The position numbers and the translations under genes are program-made. A stretch of 58,888 nucleotides of DNA, counting the filler, from Sphacelaria rigidula (Eukaryota), in the NCBI GenBank assembly GCA_964200075.2. It is 8 parts of 8 records of this genome, joined end to end, with 100 filler letters (N's around TTAATTAATTAA, not from the genome) between each part and the next. Parts side by side here need not be neighbours in the genome. Positions count along the whole stretch, not along the records: positions 22,123 to 29,396 come from CAXNAA020015674.1; positions 29,497 to 36,769 come from CAXNAA020015675.1; positions 36,870 to 44,142 come from CAXNAA020015676.1; 5 more parts are not named here. One strand, given 5' to 3'. Shown one piece after another: positions 25,101 through 38,441 of this stretch. The notes under the pieces were generated by a model, which saw only the letters and a list, made by a program, of their open reading frames with translations, was not told where the DNA came from and ran no database searches. The stretch's first letter is position 1; every line of letters begins with the position of its first letter.

Positions 25101-27577
25101 CATGATAATGCGAGACGTGACACACGTATGATGCACATGTATGAGGATTCAACATGAAGAATTCGCGTATAAATCGAATTCAGTCTACCTCTCATTTTTC
25201 GAAAAAATAGTTTTCAAAATAGAATTTTGTGTTTCCACCCTTTTTGGCCCCCGTGCATGTTAGTACTACATCAATGTAGCATTGACGTGGTCGTTTTATT
25301 TTTCACCCGTGGTGCTCAAGCAGGCATATCAGCGGAGAATGGAGCGATCAAGCAGTCAGCGACCAAAAATACGGGGATTTTCTTTTCGCTCATACAGGAA
25401 ATGTGTACCGAGGTGAAACCATACTCATATATGAGAAATGCCACGGTAGGATTGCACTTTTTGGTTCTGAGGCCTCTTTCGTGTAGGAGCATAAATGTGT
25501 TGGGCTCACGGTGAGACCCTAATCCTTCGGGGACCGGACTCCCAGAAACATGGTGTTTGTACACAGGGGTCATATTATGAATCGGCATCATTTTTACTTG
25601 ACGTTTCAGTCTTTCTAAGTAAAAATGATGCGGATCCACCGAATGGCCCCTCCAGCACCCCGAGCAGCCCCGAAAACCTCTTTAGCTAAACAACTGCACC
25701 CCTACCGTGGCATTACTCGTATCATGTTGATCAAGTAACTATGTGGAGGAAAATATAACATGGATGAAGCGTTCAGACTACCTGGGTCTTACCGGGATAT
25801 GTTTCAGTTAACTATCGTTTGAAGACTCTTCATTTCGATGTGTTAGGACTCATCAATCGGGTAGTGAGTAGGGGAAAACGTTCGCAGAACCGCTTTCAGC
25901 ATCCCCCGCGAAGTGGCTCTCTACGGTAGGGATACACAGTTTTTCTCTGAGGCTCTGCACTGTCGGAGCCCCTGGATGACAAACATCTGAGCCTTAGTGT
26001 GCATCCTCAACACACTTTTGAACCAAAAAGTGTACCCCTACCGTAGAATCTCTCCATGGTGGCACAAATCAGAGCCAACAAGTCCCTCTGGGGTGTCGAT
26101 GTCTAGGATGTGTATCTGGAATGTTGACCCTGTTGAACTGTTGATTCAGTGCCGGTTCCTAGAGTGGTATCGGTCTCAGATCTACTACACTCTTCCGGAT
26201 GTTCGCGCCCTCACCTTCATTCAGAGTGTCGTGTCTCGAAACATGTGTGATGGTCTTCGCGAGGCGTATTTTGGAAAATACCAACTCCAGAGTATACGGA
26301 CGAAAGTTCATTTGGGCGTATCCTTGTTTAGCAATACTTGCGATCCCTAGTTTGGTCGTGTGCGGATTGCCGTTCAGTTTGATCATGCATCTGTTGTTTC
26401 CATGTTGCTGTTCGGGTCGCGGTACACAGTTAATCGAAATATTTTCGTGTTGAGATCTCGAGCTCAGGGTCAATGTGCTTGTAGAAATGAACTGGAATGT
26501 GACTCATGAATGCTATCGAGATCATTCTTCAGAGAAGTATTGTGTTCAGTTTGAGCAGGTATGAAAGAACTCGACCACTGATGATCAGGATTGCATCGGA
26601 TCATGTGCGTTATGTTTCTCTTCGTCGAGTATGACCCGTACACACGTCGAAATAGGAGGTCGATGACAGGACGCAACGCCGGGCATACTTTCTTACTTTG
26701 ACAGGGGCCGCCCTCCCTTGAATAGTTTCCACTTTTGCCGCGTAGCTAAGTAACAAGTGGGTTGGGGCACATCATCTTTCTTACGCCTATGGGCTAACCT
26801 TTACTTGGGTGAACGTTATTCGGTGTATATTGTGTCTTACAGTTGATTCCCCATCATTTCAAGTGCCTTTGGCATATTGCGGATACATGTCATACACACG
26901 GTGACGGCTAGCTCAGAGGAAGCGCATTCCAGCCAAGGGCTCTCCCCTTTTGTGAACCCAGAGATGTGTTTGTCAAGAATTAGTAAGACTCTATAGGAAA
27001 CCCGCTCTCCCGTCACACAGAGCGGGTAACGAGTCATTGTTGTATGATTGTGGTAGCTTAGTACGTGGTAAGTCGCGCGAGGTATCCTCCGAGCACACTC
27101 AGGTCACTTCTTGCTCTGAAACTGTTAAATGAGCCTTCATCTTGAAATGAATCTCAACCCGAAACAGTGCTTCCCCTTACATTTTACTCATTATGCTCAA
27201 TGACGTTTTGATCGCCCTAATGCACCTCCATCACGTGGAATTGTTTTTCGGCGCATTTCACCGATTCTGTAAGACAACAGCGCGGAGGGAAAGCGTCACT
27301 TTTTCCGTTTCATTAGTCACCTCAAAATTAAGAAAGGATCATGCTTTCGCTCAATGATCTGGTCTTTCAGATTGGGTGAAAGGCGATATAGCTATTACTC
27401 GCGACCGAGTGGCATGAAACCCGCACAAACGTCAGTGGGCATAATTAGTGTTAGGTAAGAAAAAACACTGTTTCGGGGTTGAGACTGGTTTTAATCTTGA
27501 AGCGTATTCAGCAGTTTCGGCTATTGCCATGACGCCTTTTTCCCCCTTACGGGTGTAGTGTAGTCAGACTAGGTCAG

Positions 27578-27792
27578 CGTATAATGCGTGAGAAGACCGC
27601 GTGCTTAGGGGGTCGCATCCGAGTTTAGACACCTCTATGGTTAGCGTTAAGGTTAGTGTTAGTTTTGGGGTTAGGGTTAGGGGCGTGGGCCCTGTAGGGA
27701 CTGACCAGATTGGTTTTGAAAAACATCGATCCTGGGGTGTTTTGAACTACAACGCGGTCCTCTAAGCACGCGATCCTCCCACGCATTACACG
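27578..27792. mobile_element. MITE enclosing degenerate telomeric TTAGGG repeats
   Basis: Inverted arms CGTATAATGCGTGAGAAGACCGCGTGCTTAG / CTAAGCACGCGATCCTCCCACGCATTACACG surround GTTAGCGTTAAGGTTAG...GGGTTAGGGTTAGGG. A second right arm is at about 29020-29080. Confidence 0.75.
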
Positions 27793-28049
27793 CGCAGAAA
27801 TCAGTTCTGGTGTTATTATGAGTCGGGATCGATTGGGGTTTGCAGAGTATCTCACGTCGCAGACACAGGCGAAGATAGCGGAGGCTGTATTCCAAACATA
27901 CATAGCACACCGTTCCATTCGAAAGAGGCATTGACATATAGGTACAAGCTAGTTACTGTGCGTTTTGTCTGTTTTCAGAAGCTGATAGTGAAGAGAAAAT
28001 ATCGTTCACAGGTAGGACCCAGTGCCGTGAGTTTTGTGCGTTTTCTGAG

Positions 28050-28730
28050 GCAGGTACACGCGGGCAAACGAGAGTGGGACCGCCGTCACAAGCAAGAGAC
28101 TGCTGCGTCGAGGGTCACCAATCGAAAACTCGTGTCTGCTCATATCGGTCGTCGATTGTGTCCTTGGTCGGCGCCTCTGCGGTGCCCCCTGGTGTGTGAC
28201 TGTATCTACTCGACTGTCCTGCGTTCTTTGGGCTTCACCACTTCTGTAGTCTCCTTCTCTGTTCTCCCTTTTCCCCAAATTTCTCTATACGCATGTGTTC
28301 TTGCCTACAGGTGTATGCCACAGCAGTGTGGGACCTCGCTTCATTGTGTTTCTTCATGGATGAGAGGGTCCATACCCTAATTACAGCGGTTTTATTAGAT
28401 GAGCTGCAATATTTTCCATTCCACGGCATTTTGCTTTCTACGATTGGGTATAAGTGTGGTTCTGCGCACTCCCTTTTCCGACGAAGCCATGTGGCAGGGA
28501 CCGGCCTCTCTTCTGTTTTCTTTAATTCTTTTTTTTACTCATTTGGTTTCTTCTTTTACGTCTCAGTCTACTATGTTGTTCTGTTCTACCTTTTCTATTC
28601 CTTTTTTTCTTCTTCAGCGAGTGTTTTCAGTTTTGTTTTGTCACGGGTACGTCTATCATGCGACCACGGCTGGATCCCTGCGGGGGCTGCTAAAGTGCGA
28701 CAGTCAATCAACCAACCAATCAATCAATCA
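28050..28730 (+). mobile_element. LINE-type 3' end with (CAAT/CAAC)n tail
   Basis: A T-rich UTR, then GGGTACGTCTATCATGCGACCACGGCTGGATC...AAAGTGCGACAGTCAATCAACCAACCAATCAATCAATC. Homologous ends lie on the minus strand at about 47805-48060 and 48250-48790, and more distantly on + at about 44400-44528. Confidence 0.7.
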
Positions 28731-29084
28731 AGGTATCGAATAGACTACTTTACGACCGGCTGGATCTTTCTTCTTTTATTGAAACAGGTTCATGGATTTC
28801 TTTTTCAGGTTCAGTGCTCTTGTTTTTCAGGTGTCCTAATGCTTAGACACTATGTATGTCCGACGGTACACGAAATTGTCGGTGCATTCATGAGCAACGC
28901 GGGCTTCCATCCCAAAATATTCCTTAGTTTCAGATAGGAGACATCAGACGTCATGAGTAAGAGCAAACAGCTTCAGTTGAGATAGTTTCCGTAGGGCCAA
29001 GACCGAGTTCTAAAAACACTGGGGTGTTTTCAACTACGATACGGTCCCCTAAGCACGCGGTCCTCTCATGCCTTACACCAGATC

Positions 29085-29165
29085 TTGTGACTGCACAGAG
29101 ATTCCAACCCACGGCCCACCCGTCAGAAGGTTTGGAGGTTACCAACCGAGCCAAGGGAGTGACCA
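29085..29165 (-). mobile_element. Truncated SINE family 1 head
   Basis: AACCCACGGCCCACCCGTCAGAAGGTTTGGAGGTTACCAACCGAGCCA is the reverse complement of the family head. Confidence 0.7.
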
Positions 29166-29574
29166 TATAGGTAACGAAACTCTGCAGGATTTTTCCGGAT
29201 GAAATCAGGAGCTGATCGCTTTGTCTTTGAATGTTTGCAAGGGTCGGACAAATAATTATTAGTCTGAAATTACTTGGTTTTAGTATAATGGGTCGACTCG
29301 TGACGAATCGATCCCTAGTGCAACCCAGGTACACGCAGCCCAGACACGTGGAATGGCGCAAAGGTGGGGTGGATACCCCTTGGACCAGCGATCAACNNNN
29401 NNNNNNNNNNNNNNNNNNNNNNNNNNNNNNNNNNNNNNNNTTAATTAATTAANNNNNNNNNNNNNNNNNNNNNNNNNNNNNNNNNNNNNNNNNNNNGCGG
29501 TCGGAGGTGCGGTCGGGGGCCGGCGGGCTCCGGGGCGTGGGGGGGGGGCGCGCGCGCGCGTGGCCTACTCATTT

Positions 29575-30075
29575 GTTTCGAGCATCCAAGTAATTTCGCT
29601 AGCTGCTGTCATCTGTACTGTTTCCAACTCCTTAACCAACTTCACTGCATCCAAGTATTTTCTGAGCTGTTGCAATCTGTACTGCTTTCAATTCCTTCAC
29701 TATTTTTATTGCATCCAAGTATTATTTTACCTGCTGCCACTTGCACCGTTTCCGCATCAAAGTATTCCTTTAGCTGCTGCCAGCTGCACTGGTTCCAATT
29801 TCTTCAGCAACTTCACCCCTTGCTTTGCCATGTCTAATGATAGTATCAGGTCATCAAAGACTACCTCGAGGAGAGAGGGGGATAACGTACATCCTGGTGC
29901 GACTCCTTGCAAAATATAAAAATATTTCGATATTTCCTTGTCTAGCATCATCGCACTTTTGGCACATTTCTGTCGTCTTCCTCGTCCACACCTTTCCTTT
30001 GATCCCAGTTCCTCACATATTTCCCCACAACTCATTGCCCCATACTGCGTCATGAGCCTTTTGCACCTGTATCAC
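29575..30075 (-). mobile_element. Degenerate LINE RT fragment with a tandemly amplified C-terminal piece
   Basis: The minus strand gives VQKAHDAVW, SAMMLDKEISKYFYILQGVAPGCTLSPSL (QGV.QG..LSP motif) and KKLEPVQLAAAKGIL. The last piece is repeated as units of about 64 bp starting GCATC(C/A)AAGTA. Confidence 0.8.
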
Positions 30076-30346
30076 CCCACAGTTTCTTCGACCCCGCCAT
30101 CGCACTCGAAGCACCCCTCTTCCCCACGTAGTGATGCCTTCAAGCTTTTGCCCATAGGTGCTACCTCCTGGAAAGGCTATAGCAGTGCCGAGCTGAAGCA
30201 CCACGTGTATGATTATGGGAATTTCTTTCGGCGAGTACGATACGAAGATGGAGACTGGAAAGAGGTATCTCGCGGGGAACTCGAGCGCCCCAAGCTGGAG
30301 CGGAGGAACCAGAGAGAGACTGGAGCCAAGGACGTTTACGAATAGC

Positions 30347-31029
30347 TGTTGTGTGATGTGGTATATGATATTATTGCGAGAAGAATGGGTGATGAAACAA
30401 GGGAATGAGTAAGTATGTATCGCTGCTACCGCACGCTTCAGTCATGAATTTCGAGTGTTCTTGTCTTTTTCTTTTGTCGCTTTGTGTTATTGATTGCTCC
30501 CCATTTAGTAACATACGAGCACATGTGTGAGCCAAGGCGCGTGGGCTCTAGCTCCAGTAGAGCAGGCGTCAGTAGTTACAGAAGAGCACCCCTCAAAAGC
30601 TGCACTCCTGTAACTATTGATCAGTTCGTGGAAAGGTTGTTTTTAGCAAGGTTCAAGTCCTGCACTACCCCAGAATCCAGTGTAACTGATCCAGGGTGTC
30701 GACGCGTGATCAAGCTAACTAGCCGATCGTTCTCCAGTCCAACTGAGATCCCGGGAAAACGACAGCGACCGTACTTATCTGCTGTTTCTGTCGTTGGAAA
30801 GGGCGTTACAGATTTTTTTCCTTTCCTAACGGATGGAGTTTTCCCCTGCTTATCAGGGTTTACCTATTCATTAGATCTGCAACGAGTTTTCGCCTGTACT
30901 GTAATTCAGCAGGTTTTTCTCGTTCTTATTTTCAGGCGTATGATGCACAGGCTTTGCTTTTGTTCTGGCCTTTCCAGCCCTCCATATATTTTTGTTTAGC
31001 CATATAAATATGGTTAAGGGGATGTTACA
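30347..31029 (+). mobile_element. Putative 5' LTR of the Gypsy element
   Basis: TGTTGTG...GATGTTACA termini lie directly upstream of the internal region. The partner LTR is not in the fragment, so boundaries are inferred. Confidence 0.55.
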
Positions 31030-34000
31030 GATTTATTGGTCATTGTCCAGTCGAGTAGGTTCTCATGTGTCATACTTTGTCATGCTTGGGACCTGATCGG
31101 TCATACTCCATTGTGGTTGGATCGAGCCGGCTGCCCTCACGTGTCACAACGTTTTGGACTATGCACCTCAACTAGCAAAGCACAAGTTAGCCGGTACGCC
31201 AATAATACAAGAGCATCTACGCCATCACGGTCTGCTATCTCAGAGAAGTCTTTGGTCTTCACGCAATGTAAGCCCGCATTGCACGCAACATATATGGGTC
31301 TCGTCCCCGGCGTGAACCATGGGCATGGCGCGTGGTCATTGGTGTGTGGGTTGACTCCCCACATGGTAAATCGAGCTCAATGGCTTCGGTACTAATGATT
31401 ATGTTTGGGCCCGCTAGCCCCCGGTGCCCACTGAACTGGCCCTGTACTTGATAGTTTGTTTAGTGTCCTGAGGTATGAGCCTACACCACAGACTGGCGAA
31501 TTTTTCCCTCAGTCTTCGGTGCTACATCATTCCACGCGAATACAACCCCGCCTTTCACGGCCCATGACCAACCACCGAACCGGTTCGGTCCTCATTAATT
31601 TTACGCGGTCACTGCCCCCACATCCCCAAACTTAGGTATCATCGGCCGGCGCTAGCTCAAGCTTGTGGTGTGGGTACAATGGGTCCAATCAACCCTGGGT
31701 CAAGGGTCCCACTCAGGCAAGATCCCGCGGAATCACATGTGGTTATGGCTCTCACGGTGAAAAATTGTGTCGTAATAACACTAGGAATGATCACTCTAGT
31801 ATACCACTTTATAATTCGATCTATGAACAGCTATCTTCCTCTCAGTCAAACCAGAGGGGAAGGCCACGTCCAGCAGGTATCCACGTGCCGAGAGAGAAGC
31901 TGTCTCCCGGTCATCGTGTTGCTGCCGCTGCGACTATCCATCGTAGGGTCCGTTTCAGCCCAGATATCCAAGTGGCGTCGGGCCCCTTTGTAGTTGAGCA
32001 CAGCCATTCCACTGTGGATCATGACGAACAGGGAACCCTCGCTTTCCGTCGCTCCATGGGTTGGAGAAGGACCCCCTACAGTGACCCGGTCGGTAAGCCA
32101 CGAGCTCACACCGTCACGGAGCACTCCCGAAAACTTCCCAACAGCGACAGGCCACGACGGTACGCCTCAGGCATCGGATGTACCGCTACCGCCCTTTGTC
32201 TCCCCTTTGCCCCCTGAGTCAGCACCTAAACAAAAGGTAGAGGCGGAATATGCTGAGCCATGGTCCACCCTACCTACTATCGATTCGGTGTCGCGTTCAC
32301 GTGCGGATCCGCCACTGGCGACCTCACACCACGACAGTCTCACGCGGGTAACTGACGATTTGTCCCTGTGTTTTCAACTTTGGTCCCCGACAACGTGTCT
32401 CCCGTGTCTCCCGATAACTTCGTGGAGATCATGTCTATTTCCAATGCATATGTTGATGTATCGGACGTAAGTTCCACTGATGCAGTCACCGGAGCCACGT
32501 CCGACGACCAAAAACGGTCAATCCTTTTATCCACTACTGTAGATGATTCGGCAGACACATCGCAGTGCAGGGTTGAGATTTCTGCTTACCCCACACTTGG
32601 GACATTCACTTCCAAGCCGGCAGTGCATGCCCCCCCTGCCGACATCACAGCCGGCCCCGCTTCCACCACAACGGCTACCCCTAATAGTCGCACCCCCATA
32701 GCGGTTTACGAGATACGTCGCCCTGACGCCTGAACATTGAAAAACACCCAAGGCCAGTGCCCACATCTCCAGACCCCACAAGACCACCCCAGAGTATACC
32801 TCAATACTATAGTTTAGGAGGTACGGCGAACACATATCGATTCGTTGCCAAAATTTGACCCGGATCTTACGAGTGGCGTTGTAACCTTAGACGATGCGTC
32901 TTTTACACTTAGAGTTGGACTTGACAGTGGGCCTTGTGCACGCCGTCAATTTATGGCTCTGGCACTACCGGACTCGGGCTCCCCACAGACCTTTAGTACC
33001 GCCAGTTGACATGCTCCGCACCGGCACGGCAGATGAATAATATCTGTCCGCTGTCCCCCCCCGCACCTTCGGGCGCTTTGGGTCAGGTTCCACTTTGAGT
33101 GCCACCCAGGGTGTGCGATTAAGTGTTCAGTTCTTCGATTATACGAACCCCACAGCACGACTTTCTGTCTGGGCTTTGATTGTTCCACACAATGCCATGG
33201 CGTTCGATGTTTTGCTGGGCAGAGATAGCTGGTTGCGATTTTCGACACATACATACTCCACCGAACCTCCGTCACCGCATTAACCCACGAAGGGCAAACT
33301 GCAGCTGGGTCATCTCGACGACCAACCCGGTGCCCAGGCTTTCACGCGCGACTCCTCTGTGATACAAACCACTTTCAAGTTGTTTTGTGTTGGGGAGGCA
33401 GTTGCGTCACTTTTGCATGAACCCCAACACTTGATGGTGAATTTGGTACGGCGCAATGGTCTGCCAGCGCTCACAAAACAGTACTTGGTAAAGTTCCTTC
33501 TCCGCGAGGATATATTTGTGAAGGACGGACGTCAGCAAATATTTATGACGTCTCCGGAGTGCGTTGATTTAGTACCCAACCAGGTGTTGGGGTATGTTTC
33601 GGCTCCCCTTTTACGTACTCCTCTGTCTGATATATGCCCCCGCACTAGTACCACTGATCCAACTGACTTCGAGCAAAATGCCGAATGTGATGGACCAGTT
33701 TCACTTGATCCAATGGTAGTGACCGCGTCGAATGGAGACGCGGAACCGGAACTTTCCCGAAAACGGTCGCTCACAGCCTGAGCAGTGGGCAAGTTTCTTG
33801 CGACTGAGGAATGACGTTCCCCCGCACCTTCGTCATATCACCTTCAATATCGACTGTGATGATTGGACTCCGGTGGTCATCGACAAGCTACGAGATGTTC
33901 TGATCCGTTATGCCGCGCGAGTTTTCACCTCGCCTCTTGATTTGGGTCGCTGCACGACGGCTCCGTTCAAGATCAACGTACCCAAAGGAACGTCCCCTAT

Positions 34001-36680
34001 CGCGACACGCCCTTACCGCACAAACCCGCTGCGGGCTTACAGAGTACAAGTAATCATAGGCAGCTACCTAGCGGTGGGGATCGTTCGTCATTCGACATCT
34101 CCATGGGCCTCCCCCTTGGTAGTTGTTCGAAAGAAAAGTGGCAAAATCCGCCTCACTGTCAACTACCAACGTTTAAACGCAGGGACAGCAGTTTCCCGCC
34201 TTCCACTCCCCCGAACAGATGAAATCATCGACTCCCATGGGCGAGGTAAACTATTTTCTACTTTCGACATGCAATCGGGTCACCACCAACTGGTGATGGA
34301 CCCCGACTCCATTGAGATGACGGCGTTTCTGGACTATACGAGTGGCTAGTGACACCACAAGGTGCCTCTGGTGCGCCCGGGGCTTTTCAACGAGTCATGT
34401 TTGGCGTCACCGATGGGCTCCCCAACTGTCAGGTGTATCTGGATGATGCCGTGATTCAGGATCTTAACCCCGAGGGGAACGTAGAGCAATTGGCGATATT
34501 TTTTGGCCGATTGAGTAGAATAGTCTGGAACTTTCTGCATCGAAATCACAGATTGGCGCCACGACTATCTCATTTCTGGGACACTGCATTACCTTAGAAG
34601 GTCGCAGCCCATGTCTCGACAAAGTTTCAGCTCTTGCAAACATGCTAATGCCCAAAGATTCCCCTCAATTGCGCTCGCTGCTCGGAGGCCTCAGCTACTG
34701 CCGCCGATATCTACCGACATCTCGCGCGGACACTAAAGCCCCTCACCACTCTCCTCAAGCGAGGGGTGAGGTTTGAGTTCACCACAGCCATGGAAAGGAC
34801 AATCTGCGATCTCCTTGCCAAACTGTCTAGCCCTGCGGTCCTTGTATATCCTGATTGGAATGCCGCCGAGGACGGTTCACGACCTTTCCACCTACACACT
34901 GACGCGTGCAAGATTGGATTCGGTTGTACACTTGAGCAGGAGCAATCGGATGAATCCATCCACCCCCATTGTCTATCTAAGCCGCTTTACGTTCTCTAAC
35001 GAACAAAACTGGAGCGTCATAGAGCAAAAAGCGGGCGCCGTTGTTTGAGGTGTCCGGCGTCTCCGTCACTGTTTGTATGGCATTACCTTCGTCATTTTGA
35101 CCGACCACAAATCGTTGGAAAACCTCGCAGAAATGGCGGAGCACAATACGAGAGTTCAGCGTTGGTTCGAAATCCTATCTTCTTACGACTTTCAGTTGAA
35201 GTATCGGATCGGTCCTCAAAGCGCCAAGGCTCACTTCCTCTCGCAATTGCCGCCACCTGCCACACCGATCGATACCTCCCCCGCGGGGCGCATAACAGAC
35301 CCCACGGAGGATATCGTATACTTGATCAGCTGCCTTGGTCACCATGGTCTCTGGACGCCTCACGCCTCCACCGAGACTAAGGGTTTGAGCATAAGTGGGC
35401 TGACACCTTCTGCCCCGAAAACGGCGCTAGGTGGCTTGCCCCCCCGATCTTTTCCTTCGGTGTTTGGGAATGATAACCTCAAGGCAAGTACCATTTTTGG
35501 ATATTACCTTTTCAGAGTAACATGCCGCCGCATGAATGTTGCCGCCGCACCGGAGCTCACCGCCCCTCCGTCTGTTTTTCCTGTACAAGTACGCGATCTT
35601 ATTTCTAGTAGAACGCGGGGTCGCAGAGCAGCAGAAGCCGCCGCTCATGCCGCTGTCCCCGGATCTCATCTTCCCCCGCCTTCCCCGGTTCCGGTGCCAG
35701 CAAAGTTTCTCGCCCCACCCCAACCACGTCGATATAAACCAGCGCCTGAGGCGGGATCACCTCCTGCTGACCTGCCAACGATCGACGAATCCGCGGAGGA
35801 TGATGCCCCGGTCAATGACCTCTCGAGTACCCGTGACTTCGCTGTCCCACAGCCTTCCACTCCCGACGAATCTCGTGGCGATGCCGAAGCTGTAGGTACT
35901 GACCTGTATTCGGAGCTCGCCCCCTTCTGTACCCTACCTTCCGAGGGTGACAGTCCAACAAGCACCGTAAACGATGCCTACGGTTGTCTTTTTGGCTCTA
36001 ATGTCGCGAGTAAACAAAAAGGAACATTAGGCTTGTTTTCCCGCCAAGATTGGGCGCGAGAACAATTAGCCGAGCCTGCGTGCCGCGCAGCAATACTTTA
36101 CCTGTCCCAAAGTTGCCCGCTCCCATTCCCCTCCGCGGATATCCTCAAATTCGTCGGACAGCGTCAGGCACCCACACAGGATGAAGTTGTTGAGCTGGCT
36201 CGCAAAGGCAAACTGCACATGGATGATGACGGCATTGTACTTTTGATCCGCAAACCCACGCGGGTACCTCAGTCAGACCGTCCCACCGGTAGATATGCTC
36301 GACTACTCGGTCGAGGACCTCTTCGCATTTACGTGCCAATGCTGATGCGACCATGGGTTCTGCACAAGTGTCATTCCAACGTTTCGATCCATCTGGGTAC
36401 AATTCGGACGACCCAGTTCATCGAGCAATTCTCCTGGCGGATAGGGTATCAAGCAATGTGTCCATCGGTGGGTACGTCGTTGTTTGATTTGTAAGACACG
36501 CAAGACGTCTCGCCAGACTGTGCGTTGGCCAGCCATGTCCATGCCGCTCCCCAATGGTCCTGGTGAAGTTATATCTTGGGACTATGTCGGACCGTTGCCT
36601 CTCACGGAGAGTGGCGACAAGTACATTTTGTTGATTACCGATCGATTCAGTCGTCACGCCGTCATGCATGCTGTCTCAGG
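31030..36680 (+). mobile_element. Degenerate Ty3/Gypsy LTR retrotransposon internal region (PR-RT-RH-INT)
   Basis: Protease-like ALPDSGSPQTF (about 32960) and FDVLLGRDSW. RT: PYRTNP, SPWASPLVVVRKKSGKIRLTVNYQRLN, FSTFDMQSGHHQL, PQGASGAPGAFQRVM, VYLDD. RNase H: LHTDACKIGFGCTLEQ, FVILTDHKSL. Integrase: CHSNVSIHLG...CLICK, WDYVGPLPLTESGDKYILLITDRFSR. Many stops and frameshifts. Confidence 0.95.
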
Positions 36681-38024
36681 ACCCCCTACTCCGCGGAGGA
36701 GTGATGCTGCGATAGGGTCTGCACTTTTGGGGCCAAAACCGGCCTGAGAGCCACGAGAGTAATGTTCCANNNNNNNNNNNNNNNNNNNNNNNNNNNNNNN
36801 NNNNNNNNNNNNNTTAATTAATTAANNNNNNNNNNNNNNNNNNNNNNNNNNNNNNNNNNNNNNNNNNNNTTAATCCTCCGGGTTCTCATCCTCAATCAAA
36901 AGCATCATCCTCAACATAGATGATCGGCTGTTATTAGGTGAAAGTGAGGGTATCTATCGTCTCCCCGTGCTCCAGGGAAGGTCCACACCAACAATCGTCA
37001 TCATCCGCTTGATCGATCGTTCGGGGTTTCATATAGATTTTGGTATGGACGCTATCTCCGCTAGGTGTAGGAGTTACTATATACATGGGGTTTACTCGAC
37101 GAGAAAATATTGGCCGAGATTTTTGAGCAGATGGGCACCTTCCCCTTGATTAGACGATGATTCCACAATATGCGGATCACGGTCCAACTCGTCTGTGTCG
37201 TTGAGATATCGCTTTTAGAGCTTGAATCGGTTTTGAGGCTGGCCCAGCTCGTATACGACCTATACCCTGAAAAACGCCGGCATGACATTAAATTTCATCT
37301 GGCACAAAATAATTAGCATACATTAGAGAGTTTCGGAAAACGTTTTTTGAAATCCTAGAGACAGAGTGGAAAGAAAAATAGCCGGTAACGGTGCAGTCTC
37401 CGCTATGAAGTTTTCTCCAGAGCGTTTTTTTCAGAGTCAGAGGGCCGTTTGCACCACTTCACTCTGAAAACCGTTGTTCCTCTTCAGAGCTCATAGCGGA
37501 ATGAAGAAGGACCACGCCCACCTTCACCGCCATGGTCACGTCCAGTCCAAAGTCAATACACCCCAACAACCAAAGTGGGACATTCATCATCCATCAAAAC
37601 TGACATACTCATCACAACTGGCCATTCACGAAGTAGAAAAGCTTGGCATGACAACCAGAAGACCTCTCTGACGCCGCCATGGTATCAGCCTTCGCTTGGT
37701 TGTGTTGCGTGAATATTCAAATGCTCGACGGGTACACGTTGACTTGGGTTCAGTTCCTCACTCTTGCCAGCCTCAGCTGGAAGAAGACGGTGGGAACGAT
37801 TCGTAGTCTACAGCGCGCAAGCAGTACTACACCTGGCTGTATTCCCATCCCGTGAGAGATCATGACGTCTTGCACCACCGTGATCAGTGTCATGTGGAGA
37901 AATCATCGCAATGCGGCCGACGTCTGCTGTATGAAAGTGCTGCGTACCATACAGTCTGTACTAGAGTTGTTTGTACAACTGACTCTCTATACGGTATCGC
38001 TGTACAGTATAATAGTTAGGGTTA

Positions 38025-38217
38025 GGCCGTGTCTTATCAAATTGTTTTCGTGTCGAAAACGTGCGATCGAATCGAATTCGCTCGTTTCTGATTCGCCCAC
38101 GCTGCTCATTTTCTCACATGGTTGAGAACGTGAATGCCGTGGACGTATCAGGTACGAGCAAATTCGATTCCACCGTACGTTTTCGAGTCCAAAACAATTT
38201 TTTGATAAGACATGGCC
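38025..38217. mobile_element. PIF/Harbinger (Tourist-like) MITE with TTA TSD
   Basis: TTA|GGCCGTGTCTTATCAAA ... TTTGATAAGACATGGCC|TTA, palindromic over most of its length. Confidence 0.85.
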
Positions 38218-38441
38218 TTAGAGTGGAAAGGAGAGTCATAACTGCCATGTTCATTACAATGGACCAGTCACGAAGTAGAAACGCTTTGCATCGCAAAAAG
38301 AAGACCTCCCTGGCGCTGCCACGGTACCAGCATCCGCTTGGTTGTGCTGAGTGAAAATTCAAATGCCCGGCGGATACACCCCGTTGCTCTGGGTGCAGTT
38401 CCTCATTTTCGCCAGCCTTTTTTTGCCAGCTTCAGATTTAA

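Noticed and set aside
28293-28937. Hydrophobic 214-aa ORF, and similar ORFs at 48160-48786 and 40169-40810, as membrane proteins
   Set aside because: They are translations of T-rich LINE 3' UTRs and SINE bodies.
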